Under the pieces are notes generated by a model. It was not told the origin of the DNA. It ran no database searches and was given only the letters and a program-made list of their open reading frames with translations. From Ignavibacteriota bacterium (lineage in GTDB: Bacteria > Bacteroidota > Ignavibacteria > UBA10030 > UBA6906), in assembly GCA_963843525.1 (NCBI GenBank), contig CAWJKM010000007.1, forward strand, positions 405,188-469,187: a DNA stretch of 64,000 nucleotides. Direction: 5' to 3'. The position numbers were made by a program, and so were the translations under genes. Numbering within the stretch: position 1 is the first letter of the stretch; each line of letters begins with the position of its first letter. Below, one piece after another: positions 39,526 to 48,631 of this stretch.

Positions 39526-40017
39526 ATGCTCGATCAAAGTTGTCGATACGAGGTGCCAGCGATCCACTTCATGTCAGAGAAGGCCTATCTCATGAATATC
39601 AGCATCCTGGACGCCAGCAATTATTTCAAGGGTGTTCTTCTCCTGATCCGGAAGGACCGGAAAATCACCGAACCGGAAGTTGAACTTGTGAAGCATATCG
39701 GCAAATCCCTCGGTTTTGAACCGGAATTCTGCACGAATGCGATCAACGAAATCCTTGAAAACAGGTTTATTATCGACTCCCCCCCGGTGTTTTCCACGAA
39801 GGAATTAGCCCTGAAATTCGTCAAGGACGGCCTTGCTGTGGCATTTTCCGATAATAGACTCGACCCCGCCGAGGAACAATGGCTCAAAGAAACGCTCGAG
39901 AACAATGGATTCGACGAAGAGGTATTCCCACGGGAACGAAAGATGGCCTCTGCACGACAAGTATTTCCAGAGAAACTGGAAGTCGATGACCTGACCGTTG
40001 AACATTCGAAAACGTGA
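39526..40017 (+). CDS. Hypothetical protein with two TerB-like/DjlA-N-like helical repeats
   Basis: Two about 55-aa repeats (YFKGVLLLIRKDRKITEPEVELVKHIGKSLGF and ALKFVKDGLAVAFSDNRLDPAEEQWLKETL) resembling the TerB co-chaperone fold. The start is chosen downstream of the terminator; the ORF is open from 39388. Confidence 0.3.
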   Translation: MLDQSCRYEVPAIHFMSEKAYLMNISILDASNYFKGVLLLIRKDRKITEPEVELVKHIGKSLGFEPEFCTNAINEILENRFIIDSPPVFSTKELALKFVKDGLAVAFSDNRLDPAEEQWLKETLENNGFDEEVFPRERKMASARQVFPEKLEVDDLTVEHSKT

Positions 40018-40026
40018 AAGACGACA

Positions 40027-40380
40027 GTGATTTCTAAGGTAAATATTGCGGAACAAGCGGGCGCGATTCACGAACACTGGCGTCCCGTCACCATCGCCTC
40101 CTTGAACGGACAAGAAGTGAAGATTGCGAAATTCAAAGGGGAATTCGTATGGCACTCCCATAAGGATGAGGACGAACTTTTCCTGGGCGTAAAGGGATAC
40201 TTTCGGGTGGAATTCCGTGATCACGTCGCGGAGATCGGACCCGGAGATCTGATTGTCGTCCCGCGAGGCGTCGAACACCGGACAATTGCTGAAAATGAAG
40301 CGGAGGCTTTGCTCTTCGAACCGGCAGGCGTCAGGAACACGGGAAACGTGTTCCACCCGACACTAACAGCCCCACAGTAA
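40027..40380 (+). CDS. Cupin-domain protein (cupin_2)
   Basis: Two-His cupin motifs: HSHKDEDELFLGVKGYF ... GDLIVVPRGVEHRT. Confidence 0.6.
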   Translation: MISKVNIAEQAGAIHEHWRPVTIASLNGQEVKIAKFKGEFVWHSHKDEDELFLGVKGYFRVEFRDHVAEIGPGDLIVVPRGVEHRTIAENEAEALLFEPAGVRNTGNVFHPTLTAPQ

Positions 40381-40563
40381 ATTGGAGAAAAAGAAAAGTT
40401 TCCAGGGTCTACCTCGCGGAATTTTCGGATGGGTTGCGCCGCACCAGACGGGCCTCTTGGTGCCTTCTGGTCGAATCAACTTTGCCGGATCCTTTTGTGC
40501 ATACCCCACAGATCCCACCGCTTTTAACCGATTGCGGGCCGTCGTCGACCCGCGCTTCATAGC

Positions 40564-42315
40564 TCAAGAATTCGTCCTCACATAAGCCTTGATGGTTGCA
40601 CACTTCTTTCTGTTGCTTGACCCGGCAGGCCGGATCGTGTAATTGCCGACGGAGGCGGGGACGATGAACGTTTCCGCATAGTGGACTTGAAATGGGGGAA
40701 AAGCATTGGTCGGACTTTCGACGACGATTTCATCGCCTTCGACAAGACAGAGGACATTCACGCCGCCACCGGTCTCATGGGAGACCGTACCGGTGAACCA
40801 GTGCCGGCGCGTTTCAATAAACTCCCGTTCGTGAAGGCCCGTTCGTTCTTCCACCCAGCCATCGCCGCTTGCGACTCTTTCCACCCGGTTTGCCAGGTTC
40901 TCCTCCGTCCAGAGTGTCGTCCGCTCCCATTGAATGGACCGTTTGCCATGATCGATATTGATGGGTCTCGGCTTTCCATCGAGTCCCAGGCGTCCCCAGT
41001 CCCATAACTTAAACGTAAAGATGTATGGTGTCGCGCTGATTTCCAGTACCACGCTGTTTTTCCCGGAGCAATGAATTGTGCCTGCGGGAATCAGGTAATG
41101 TTCGTGCTTTCGCACCGGCCAGGTCTGTACGTAGCGTTCTGCATCAAAAGGAACGGATCCCTTCTCCGCTTCCACCAGTCCCGCGATCATCTCGTCCGGA
41201 TCGATCCCGTCCCTGAGCCCCAGGTACACGACGGCGCCATCTCGGGCCTCCATGATGTAGTAACTTTCGTCCTGCGTGTACTGGATGCCGAATTGCTCCC
41301 GGATATATTCCGTCAGCGGATGGACTTGAAGGCTGAGATTGCCTCCGTCCATGGTGTCGAGGTAATCGAATCGAATGGGGAATTCATCACCAAATTGCTC
41401 ACGCACAGCCTCCCCGAGCAGAGATTGAGGATCGAAGAGCACCAGATTGAGTGAAGGGATTTCGATAGTCGTTCCGCCGAAACTGAGCAGCAGGCTGTTC
41501 TCCTCGGGGACGCAATTGAAGCACCATGCGTAGTTGCTGACGGATCTATCGAGGTTGCAGATTTTCTTCAGCCATTGCCCTCCCCATGGGCCGGGATCAA
41601 AGAAAGGGACCACGCTGAACGGCCGCTGCAAGGCCTGTTTCAGCCCCTCGCGAACGCTCTCCCCGTCGATGAGTTTTGGAATCGACCGATCATTCGTATC
41701 GAGAAGGAAGTCCCAGCGCGTCATCAACTGCTTCTTCAGCCTGTCGCACACCCTCCAATCGACGAAGTACCCCTGCTTGTAGAGGAGCATCCAGTCTTCC
41801 GTATCTTTGTTGGAGACCCCGAGGTTGCTTATTTCGTGCCTCCTCATCCTGAGCTGGATCTCCCACCGCGCCATATCGGCATAGACCAGGAGATCAAACT
41901 CCTCGGGAATGATCGCCGCGCCGGATCCAACGACGAGAAGGATTCCGTCATGATGGGAGGAGATCCTTTGTCGGGCCGCCTGGAGTTTGTCAGGTTCGAA
42001 GAAATCTTCGATGGTCAATCGGGTGAGACGCCCGAAGAGGCGGTCGTCCGTCACATCCGGGTGGACCAGATTCTTCACTTCGCTGATGTCCCGATAGAGG
42101 CTCGCCGCAGTGAGAAGAAAGTCCGGAACCAACCCCTCGACCAGGGCTCGTGTGACCTCTTCTTCGAGGACGCCGTGGTAGTATTCCACAACGACGACCT
42201 TTTTCTTCCCGGGGAGTACCGCGATGCGCTCCCGAAGCACGCGAATGATCCTGTCCCAACCCTCTGCAACCTCCGTGTCACGTTGCACGTCGATCGCCGG
42301 ATATTTCTGGAACAT
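40564..42315 (-). CDS. manA: Class I mannose-6-phosphate isomerase domain protein, long form with N-terminal extension
   Basis: LSLQVHP is the PMI type I zinc-site motif, and YLIPAGTIHCSGKN is the second PMI block. The protein is 583 aa, about 170 aa longer at the N-terminus than canonical ManA. Confidence 0.65.
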   Translation of the reverse strand: MFQKYPAIDVQRDTEVAEGWDRIIRVLRERIAVLPGKKKVVVVEYYHGVLEEEVTRALVEGLVPDFLLTAASLYRDISEVKNLVHPDVTDDRLFGRLTRLTIEDFFEPDKLQAARQRISSHHDGILLVVGSGAAIIPEEFDLLVYADMARWEIQLRMRRHEISNLGVSNKDTEDWMLLYKQGYFVDWRVCDRLKKQLMTRWDFLLDTNDRSIPKLIDGESVREGLKQALQRPFSVVPFFDPGPWGGQWLKKICNLDRSVSNYAWCFNCVPEENSLLLSFGGTTIEIPSLNLVLFDPQSLLGEAVREQFGDEFPIRFDYLDTMDGGNLSLQVHPLTEYIREQFGIQYTQDESYYIMEARDGAVVYLGLRDGIDPDEMIAGLVEAEKGSVPFDAERYVQTWPVRKHEHYLIPAGTIHCSGKNSVVLEISATPYIFTFKLWDWGRLGLDGKPRPINIDHGKRSIQWERTTLWTEENLANRVERVASGDGWVEERTGLHEREFIETRRHWFTGTVSHETGGGVNVLCLVEGDEIVVESPTNAFPPFQVHYAETFIVPASVGNYTIRPAGSSNRKKCATIKAYVRTNS

Positions 42316-42333
42316 ACGGTCCTTTCCGTTTTC

Positions 42334-43284
42334 CTAAAGAGATCCCCGGAGACTTTCTGAGAGAAGATGCGCGACGCCGAGAAGGGCGGCGTTGTCGATG
42401 TCCTGGGCTTTTACGACATGGACCTTCCCCCACGGCGTCCATGCACGCCGGGCGACCTGGTCGGCAATGAAGGGGATAATTCTCTCCGCACTGCGCATCA
42501 TCCCGCCACCGATGATGGCTCGTTCGGGGTCATAGGCGTGGATGAGATTGATCACACCGGCGCTCCACGCCAGGAGGCTGCGATGGACAAGGCGCTGGGA
42601 GAGAGGATCATTGTTTGCGGCGAGACGGAAGAGCACCTCATAATCGATGGTGGGCGCTTTTGAAAGGCCACTGGTGGCGAAATCCTTCTCGGCTACGGCA
42701 AGTGAAGCCAACCGCCAGGAAGAGGCCTCGGATTCCACGCACCCGATATTGCCACAGTTGCAGGTTTGCCCCTCGTAAGCGATCGTGAAGTGTCCGCCGA
42801 GGCACCCGGCCTGGAAATGCTTCCCGCGAAGTAACTCCCCCTCCATGAGTGCGGCGGCGCCGACTCCTGTACCGAGTGTGACCATCACGAGATTGTCACA
42901 TCCCTTGCCGGAACCGAATTGCCACTCGCCTGCAAGCGCTGCCCGGGCATCGTTTTCCAGGAAGAGAGGGAGACCGAATGTGCTATCCGACCATTGTCGA
43001 AAATCAAATCCCACGATGTCGTTATATTTTTGATTGATGGAGAGCACCCGCGCGACCTTCGAGTCCACGATTCCGGGGACAGACAACCCAATCCCCCGGA
43101 TATCCCCGCGTGAAAATCGTGGATCGTGAAGGAGTTCGACGAGCATGGGCTCGAGAGCCGTCAGCCGCGGAAGGAACCCGCGATCGGAGAGTGCCTCAAC
43201 GACGCGACTTTCGAGAATCTTCTCCTGCTCCACAACGCCGATCTTTATCCTGGTACCACCGAGGTCGAGTGCAAGAATTTTCAT
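42334..43284 (-). CDS. ROK-family sugar kinase (putative mannokinase/glucokinase)
   Basis: MKILALDLGGTRIKIG is the actin-like ATPase N-terminus, and CNCGNIGCVESEAS is the ROK zinc-binding motif. The start is taken at the internal ATG (43284); the ORF is open to 43389. Confidence 0.8.
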   Translation of the reverse strand: MKILALDLGGTRIKIGVVEQEKILESRVVEALSDRGFLPRLTALEPMLVELLHDPRFSRGDIRGIGLSVPGIVDSKVARVLSINQKYNDIVGFDFRQWSDSTFGLPLFLENDARAALAGEWQFGSGKGCDNLVMVTLGTGVGAAALMEGELLRGKHFQAGCLGGHFTIAYEGQTCNCGNIGCVESEASSWRLASLAVAEKDFATSGLSKAPTIDYEVLFRLAANNDPLSQRLVHRSLLAWSAGVINLIHAYDPERAIIGGGMMRSAERIIPFIADQVARRAWTPWGKVHVVKAQDIDNAALLGVAHLLSESLRGSL

Positions 43285-43524
43285 TGTTTCCGAAGTCTGT
43301 ACGTGCAATGGAAGAATGTCCGGCGATCTGAGGGCATTGGAGATCTCAGAGCCGTACGTTCTCAAAAATCTCTTGGACGGTGAGTACAAAGCTAGCCACT
43401 ATTCTGTATATTTCCAAGAATCAAAAGGGCGGGGGGAACTATGATCGGGACGGGACCATTCCTGCAACGGACTTTCGGCAGCAGGTTGTGGGACCGTGAA
43501 AAGCTTTGACCATGCGGAGAGGTT

Positions 43525-44922
43525 ATGAACGGAAAACGAAATTGGATTCTTATTGGAGCTTCTCTCACAGCGGCATTCGGCGGTTTTCTCTTCGGCTTCG
43601 ACACGGCGGTTATTTCCGGGACGCTCTCTTTCGTCCAGCAGCAATTCCACCTCACCACTCTTGAGGAAGGGTGGTATGTGAGTTCAGCTCTTGTGGGATG
43701 CATCGCGGGGGTCGCCATTGCCGGAACTCTCAGCGATCGATTCGGCAGGCGCAAGGTGCTGCTCCTCTCCTCATTCTTGTTCCTGCTGTCGACTGCGGGT
43801 TGCACGATCGCTCCGGCGTTGCCCACTTTGATCGCATCGCGTCTGGTCGCGGGAATGGCCATCGGCGTGGCTTCCATGCTTGCTCCGCTCTACATCTCCG
43901 AGATTGCGCCCGCTCAACGCCGCGGTATGCTTGTGGCCCTCTACCAATTTGCGATAACGCTCGGGATCCTCTGCGCATATTTCTCCAATGCCTGGGTTGT
44001 CGACCTCTCAAACCGCTTGAGTCTGCAATCAGGGCTTTGGAAATTCGTTTATGTCGACGAAGTCTGGCGAGGAATGTTCGGGAACATGCTGGGTCCGAAC
44101 ATCGTGTTTATCCTTCTTCTCCTGTTCATACCCGAGAGCCCGCGGTGGCTCATCGCTCACGGACGCGCAGACCAGGCACGGGCCATCATGGAGAAGATCG
44201 TTGCTCCGGGATCATTGGAGTCAGAATTCCGCCAGATCTCCGACGCTATACTTGACGAACAGCCTTCCTTTCTGCAGCTTTTCCAGGCCGGGATGCGGAA
44301 GCCGCTCCTTGTCGGTCTTCTTCTCCCGATGTTCTCTCAGCTGAGCGGCATTAACGCGATCATCTATTACGGCCCGAAAATCCTCAGCGAAGCGGGATTC
44401 TCAATCAGCGATGCGCTCGGCGGGCAGGTGTCGATAGGAATCGTCAACGTGCTTTTCACGGTTCTCGCCATTCAACTGGTGGATCGTTGGGGGAGGAAAC
44501 CGTTACTCCTCATCGGGATCAGCGGGGTGATCCTGTCTCTGTCTGCTGTTGGCTTTCTTTTTGCCCTCGGGATATCGCATGGCTGGCTTCTTATCGGCTT
44601 CATCATGTGTTTCATTGCTTGTTTTGCGTTTTCTCTCGGTCCAGTGACCTGGATCGTGATCTCAGAGATCTTCCCGACGCACATCCGTGGACGGGCAATG
44701 GCGCTCGCAACATTCGCAGTGTGGGGGACGAACGCCGTTGTCGGACAGCTTTTCCCCTGGCTGTTGGAGCATCTCGGGTCTTCCGGGACCTTCTGGACGT
44801 TCGCGATTATCTGCCTTCCTTCCATCCCTTTCCTCGCCAAAGTGTTGCCGGAAACGAAGGGAAAGACTCTTGAAGAGGTGGAAGCATCCTTTCATTCGCA
44901 GGCCCCGTTGAAAGCCCTGTGA
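43525..44922 (+). CDS. MFS sugar porter family transporter
   Basis: GFDTAVISG, GRRKVLLLSS, PESPRWL and PETKGKTLEE are classic sugar-porter signatures. 12 predicted TM helices. Confidence 0.85.
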   Translation: MNGKRNWILIGASLTAAFGGFLFGFDTAVISGTLSFVQQQFHLTTLEEGWYVSSALVGCIAGVAIAGTLSDRFGRRKVLLLSSFLFLLSTAGCTIAPALPTLIASRLVAGMAIGVASMLAPLYISEIAPAQRRGMLVALYQFAITLGILCAYFSNAWVVDLSNRLSLQSGLWKFVYVDEVWRGMFGNMLGPNIVFILLLLFIPESPRWLIAHGRADQARAIMEKIVAPGSLESEFRQISDAILDEQPSFLQLFQAGMRKPLLVGLLLPMFSQLSGINAIIYYGPKILSEAGFSISDALGGQVSIGIVNVLFTVLAIQLVDRWGRKPLLLIGISGVILSLSAVGFLFALGISHGWLLIGFIMCFIACFAFSLGPVTWIVISEIFPTHIRGRAMALATFAVWGTNAVVGQLFPWLLEHLGSSGTFWTFAIICLPSIPFLAKVLPETKGKTLEEVEASFHSQAPLKAL

Positions 44923-44937
44923 AGAAATGCAGCCGAA

Positions 44938-47900
44938 TCACTGTGCCAATTCCAGGAACTTGACTTCCAAAGGCTTGAAGTCAAGTGCATCGTCGAGGCG
45001 TCGTATCTTCTCTCCGAGAACGTTAACCTGGTCCGCGGATCTTACCCGGGCGTTCTCCAGAACACCGGATAGCGGAAGATGGGTCTGTTTCCCGTCAACC
45101 TCTCGCAGTTGGAGGATAATGCCGGTATTGTCCCCTGACGGCGTCGCCCCCACCAGAAGTATGTTGGATGGCAAAACTTTGAGAAACGATGCATCCATGG
45201 CGGAACCGTGACCTGCTCCTGCGGGAAGGACTCGTGAGACAAACGGTACCCTTGCGCCCCAGCCGAACTCCGTCGCATACGAATCGGAAGTGTCTGGCGT
45301 CGATGTGAGGTAATAACTCCATTTCAATTCTCCATCCTCTTCTGCGAGAAAATTCGTCGTCCAGTAATTATTTGAGACCCATGAAAAAACAGAGGGACGG
45401 TCGATGCGGGCAATGCGCTGGAATTTTCCCGTATTGATATCGCCGAATTGCATCAGGGGAGCTTCATCGCTGCCGATAATGATCTGGCCCGATGGGTTTC
45501 TCGCGGCGGCGAAATTCTGAACGGTCTGCCAATCGGAGGAAGAGCCGGGAATTTGTGAAATGCCGGGAACGACGGTTCCCCCCTGGACGTCGTAGTGGAT
45601 GGTAGCCCCGGGGAGGGAAAATGGAAACGCGACATAGAGTGCTTCCGGGTCGGTGATCGGAAGCTTCATGATGGAGTACCGGATCTCAATTCTCTTTGCA
45701 TTGTTGTAGAGGCGGACTTCGCAGGTCACACCATCCGGGCCTTCGCAAGCCTCCGACCTCCCGGCGAACACAACGCTCTTCCAGATTTTGCCTTCTGACC
45801 AGCTCTTGATGCGCACATCTTTGAGAGTTGACCTGCTGTAACTGTCCATCCTATACTGTTCAAGCTGTTGCCGGTTTGTCAGCGTTTCGCGGATGAATTG
45901 TCCCGCCTGCCACGGAGAGCTTGTGTCGACGAGGTCTTTGCGGAGCTCCTTGTCGTAAATGTCTTTCACGGTCCCCCGTGTGGGGTCCAGCACGACCCGG
46001 TAGAATGCATTTTCAAGCACCGAAGGGGCGGCATTACTCTGGATTTCCGGCGCGGCAGGTGTCCCCGACACTTCAATGCGAAGTGTTTTGTACCCCATCG
46101 GCGGGACATCCTCAACCCACAAACCCCAGTAGTTCCCATCCGCACGCTTCGCGATGAGTTGCGCAGAGACTTCCTTCCCGTGAGCATCAAGGATTGTGAA
46201 TTCCCGGTCTGACGGAAGAACCTGGTTATCGATGTATACCGTGTGAAGCCCGGACCGTTTCCAGGAAAGGGTGTTGAAGATCGTGATCGTCGGGACGGTC
46301 GAATGGAAAAGTTTATCCTGGAGAAGTCCGAGCGCGTATTCGCGCGCGAGCCCTGAGTTTTTTACGGCATCCCAGACGTACGCGCTTTTTTCCGCCCATT
46401 GGACCTCAGAGTTTTCCGCCCGTGGATCCGTAATGCTTTCAGCGGCGCCGAAGGTGTGTTCGTCGTAGAAGAGCAGATTCTCCATGATCGAGCTGTTGTG
46501 ATCGAGCATCCCGGCAGGGATGTTTACTCCAAGGATCCTCGCCATGGCAAGGAGACCCTGGGTTGAGATCATTTCCGCCTGGGTTCTCCGTGCCGCGGCT
46601 GTCTCCCGAGGGGCCGAACCGGTTCCGTCAGTCCACCAGTCGGGCCATGCGGCGCGTACTGTCCGGAGGTCGTTCGCATGTGTCTTCTCGATATATTCGG
46701 GGAACTCATGGTCGGTTGCGCTCCTGAGATGCGGCCAGAGATACTTCCGGTTCCAGGCTTCGATGACATTGCACCCCGCAGTGGAAGGCGGTGAGTTGTC
46801 GGTGAAGTAGCCGGAATACTGGACCGCTATCCTGTCGAACGGATATGCGTGCCGTTCGAGGTTGTTCAGGTATTCAAACATATCCGGTTCGACAATGTCC
46901 AGTTTTCCCCGTTCTATCCCCATGAAATTTCCGGTCATGTAGTGATCGGCCCGGAACACCAGGATCCGGTTTCCCGAAGGGGATTCCCACCAGAAGGGGG
47001 TCGGAACATCAAAAGGTCTGAGAGCCCGGGCAATGTTTTCGCCCATGGTGAGGTATTTGATGCCGATATCATGACAGTAATCGACCAGACACCAGGCCAC
47101 GCCGTTTACATCGTCCTGCATTCCGGTCTGCACGGGGATCCCAAGCTTCTTGAACTGGAGGATCGGCTTGAGAAAAGTCACGTAAGCGTTTTCATCAGGA
47201 AGTTCTGACATGTTAAAGAGCATTCCTGTAGCCTCGATTCGTCCCTCCCGAACCCTGCGTTTGAACCGCTCGATTTGTTCCGGGGGCCGATTGTTAAGAT
47301 ACTGGCTCACCGGCCACGATGCCTCGCACGTCCAACGAAACTTTGCATCGTCGGGCAGGCTGTCCGTCTGATCGCAATAGTCCAATGCATAGTCGATGAA
47401 GCGGAGATGTTCAGGAAGAATTTCAGTCTGGGGGCGGGTATACCCAATATCCGTGTGGGCATGCTCCACGAGGTACACCGTCCACTTCCGGATCGGTTTC
47501 TGCAGAAAGGAATACGATTTCATGCCAGTGTTGTCGAAGCCCACGCCGATGGCGACGGTTCTCTCTGCATCAGTGTTGCGCAGTTTGAGAACCAATCTGT
47601 TGAACCCGAATTGCAGCTTCGAATGCACCTCCGCACCTTCCGGTGACTTCAGGTGCACCTCGGCACCGTCGCGTAAGTGGATGATGTCTACGCTCACAGG
47701 TTGGAGCCCGTTCTTCCCCTCACGGAGCAACGCTTCCTGTGGGATGATCATGACGGTATCAGCAAGGCCGTACTGGAATGTCATATACCAAACCTGGCTG
47801 CCTGCACTCTCACCATTGACGCGGATGCGCAGCGGTTTGCCGCGCTCCAGGAGTGAGGCGGGGAGGGTCAGGAAGGCATATCCGAAGAGGTCGTCGTTCT

Positions 47901-48318
47901 TATCGATAAGGGTCCGGCGAAAATGCAGCTTCGCCCCGTTTGCTGCCCGGACGGTCCATTCAGATTGTTCAATTTTCTCCGGTCTGGAAAACGCAACAAG
48001 TGGAGATCCATTGACGGAAAGATGGAACTTCCGCACTTCCATATTTGCGCCGATCCCAAAAATCCATGCAAAGGTCGCCTCTTCGCCGTGAAATTGTGAT
48101 GGCACCGGGCTGGTTTCCCATTCGATGTATTCAGTCGAGTCCAGGGAGCGCACGAGTAATGCAGCGTTGGCGTCGGGCTGACAGGAACGATACTCGATGA
48201 CCCCTCCATGGATGGACCGCACATAACCGCGAAGTGGAATCTGCTCCTCGCCGTAAGAAACATGAAGGGCGGGAAGGGAGAAAAGCAGGCAGAGCAGGAT
48301 GGAGCAGTGGAATTTCAT
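44938..48318 (-). CDS. GH38-like glycoside hydrolase (putative alpha-mannosidase), paralog of 30876-34454
   Basis: YLVEHAHTDIGYT fits the GH38 N-domain H-x-H-x-D-x-G pattern. Signal peptide MKFHCSILLCLLFSLPALHVSYG with the ATG at 48318; the ORF is open to 48387. The N-terminal domain is homologous to the other paralog. Confidence 0.45.
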   Translation of the reverse strand: MKFHCSILLCLLFSLPALHVSYGEEQIPLRGYVRSIHGGVIEYRSCQPDANAALLVRSLDSTEYIEWETSPVPSQFHGEEATFAWIFGIGANMEVRKFHLSVNGSPLVAFSRPEKIEQSEWTVRAANGAKLHFRRTLIDKNDDLFGYAFLTLPASLLERGKPLRIRVNGESAGSQVWYMTFQYGLADTVMIIPQEALLREGKNGLQPVSVDIIHLRDGAEVHLKSPEGAEVHSKLQFGFNRLVLKLRNTDAERTVAIGVGFDNTGMKSYSFLQKPIRKWTVYLVEHAHTDIGYTRPQTEILPEHLRFIDYALDYCDQTDSLPDDAKFRWTCEASWPVSQYLNNRPPEQIERFKRRVREGRIEATGMLFNMSELPDENAYVTFLKPILQFKKLGIPVQTGMQDDVNGVAWCLVDYCHDIGIKYLTMGENIARALRPFDVPTPFWWESPSGNRILVFRADHYMTGNFMGIERGKLDIVEPDMFEYLNNLERHAYPFDRIAVQYSGYFTDNSPPSTAGCNVIEAWNRKYLWPHLRSATDHEFPEYIEKTHANDLRTVRAAWPDWWTDGTGSAPRETAAARRTQAEMISTQGLLAMARILGVNIPAGMLDHNSSIMENLLFYDEHTFGAAESITDPRAENSEVQWAEKSAYVWDAVKNSGLAREYALGLLQDKLFHSTVPTITIFNTLSWKRSGLHTVYIDNQVLPSDREFTILDAHGKEVSAQLIAKRADGNYWGLWVEDVPPMGYKTLRIEVSGTPAAPEIQSNAAPSVLENAFYRVVLDPTRGTVKDIYDKELRKDLVDTSSPWQAGQFIRETLTNRQQLEQYRMDSYSRSTLKDVRIKSWSEGKIWKSVVFAGRSEACEGPDGVTCEVRLYNNAKRIEIRYSIMKLPITDPEALYVAFPFSLPGATIHYDVQGGTVVPGISQIPGSSSDWQTVQNFAAARNPSGQIIIGSDEAPLMQFGDINTGKFQRIARIDRPSVFSWVSNNYWTTNFLAEEDGELKWSYYLTSTPDTSDSYATEFGWGARVPFVSRVLPAGAGHGSAMDASFLKVLPSNILLVGATPSGDNTGIILQLREVDGKQTHLPLSGVLENARVRSADQVNVLGEKIRRLDDALDFKPLEVKFLELAQ

Positions 48319-48631
48319 ACGAGATGCCTTTGATGTGATACCGGGATCTCTGCAGCGGGCGGACCTTCGAGACATCGATGCGTGCACCTCACGGCGAGGT
48401 TACGCCTTCAAGAATACTGGCGGAGGCAAAAGGTTTGAGTATGTTTGAGAACGCTGCCGGCCGTTTGCAGGCGTACGATATTGTAATCACCTCTCCGCCG
48501 AAAATCAATTTTCTTGGGTAACCCTTTGAACCGACTGTGCGCATCTCCTTGAATGTTACGATTTTTGTTTCAACATTCATGGACAGCCCGCTGAAATCCT
48601 TCTCGAATGATTCCGTTTCAGAGAGTTCTTC

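Noticed and set aside
41575-42360. 261-aa plus-strand ORF
   Set aside because: Antisense to the PMI-like gene, which carries the LSLQVHP motif.
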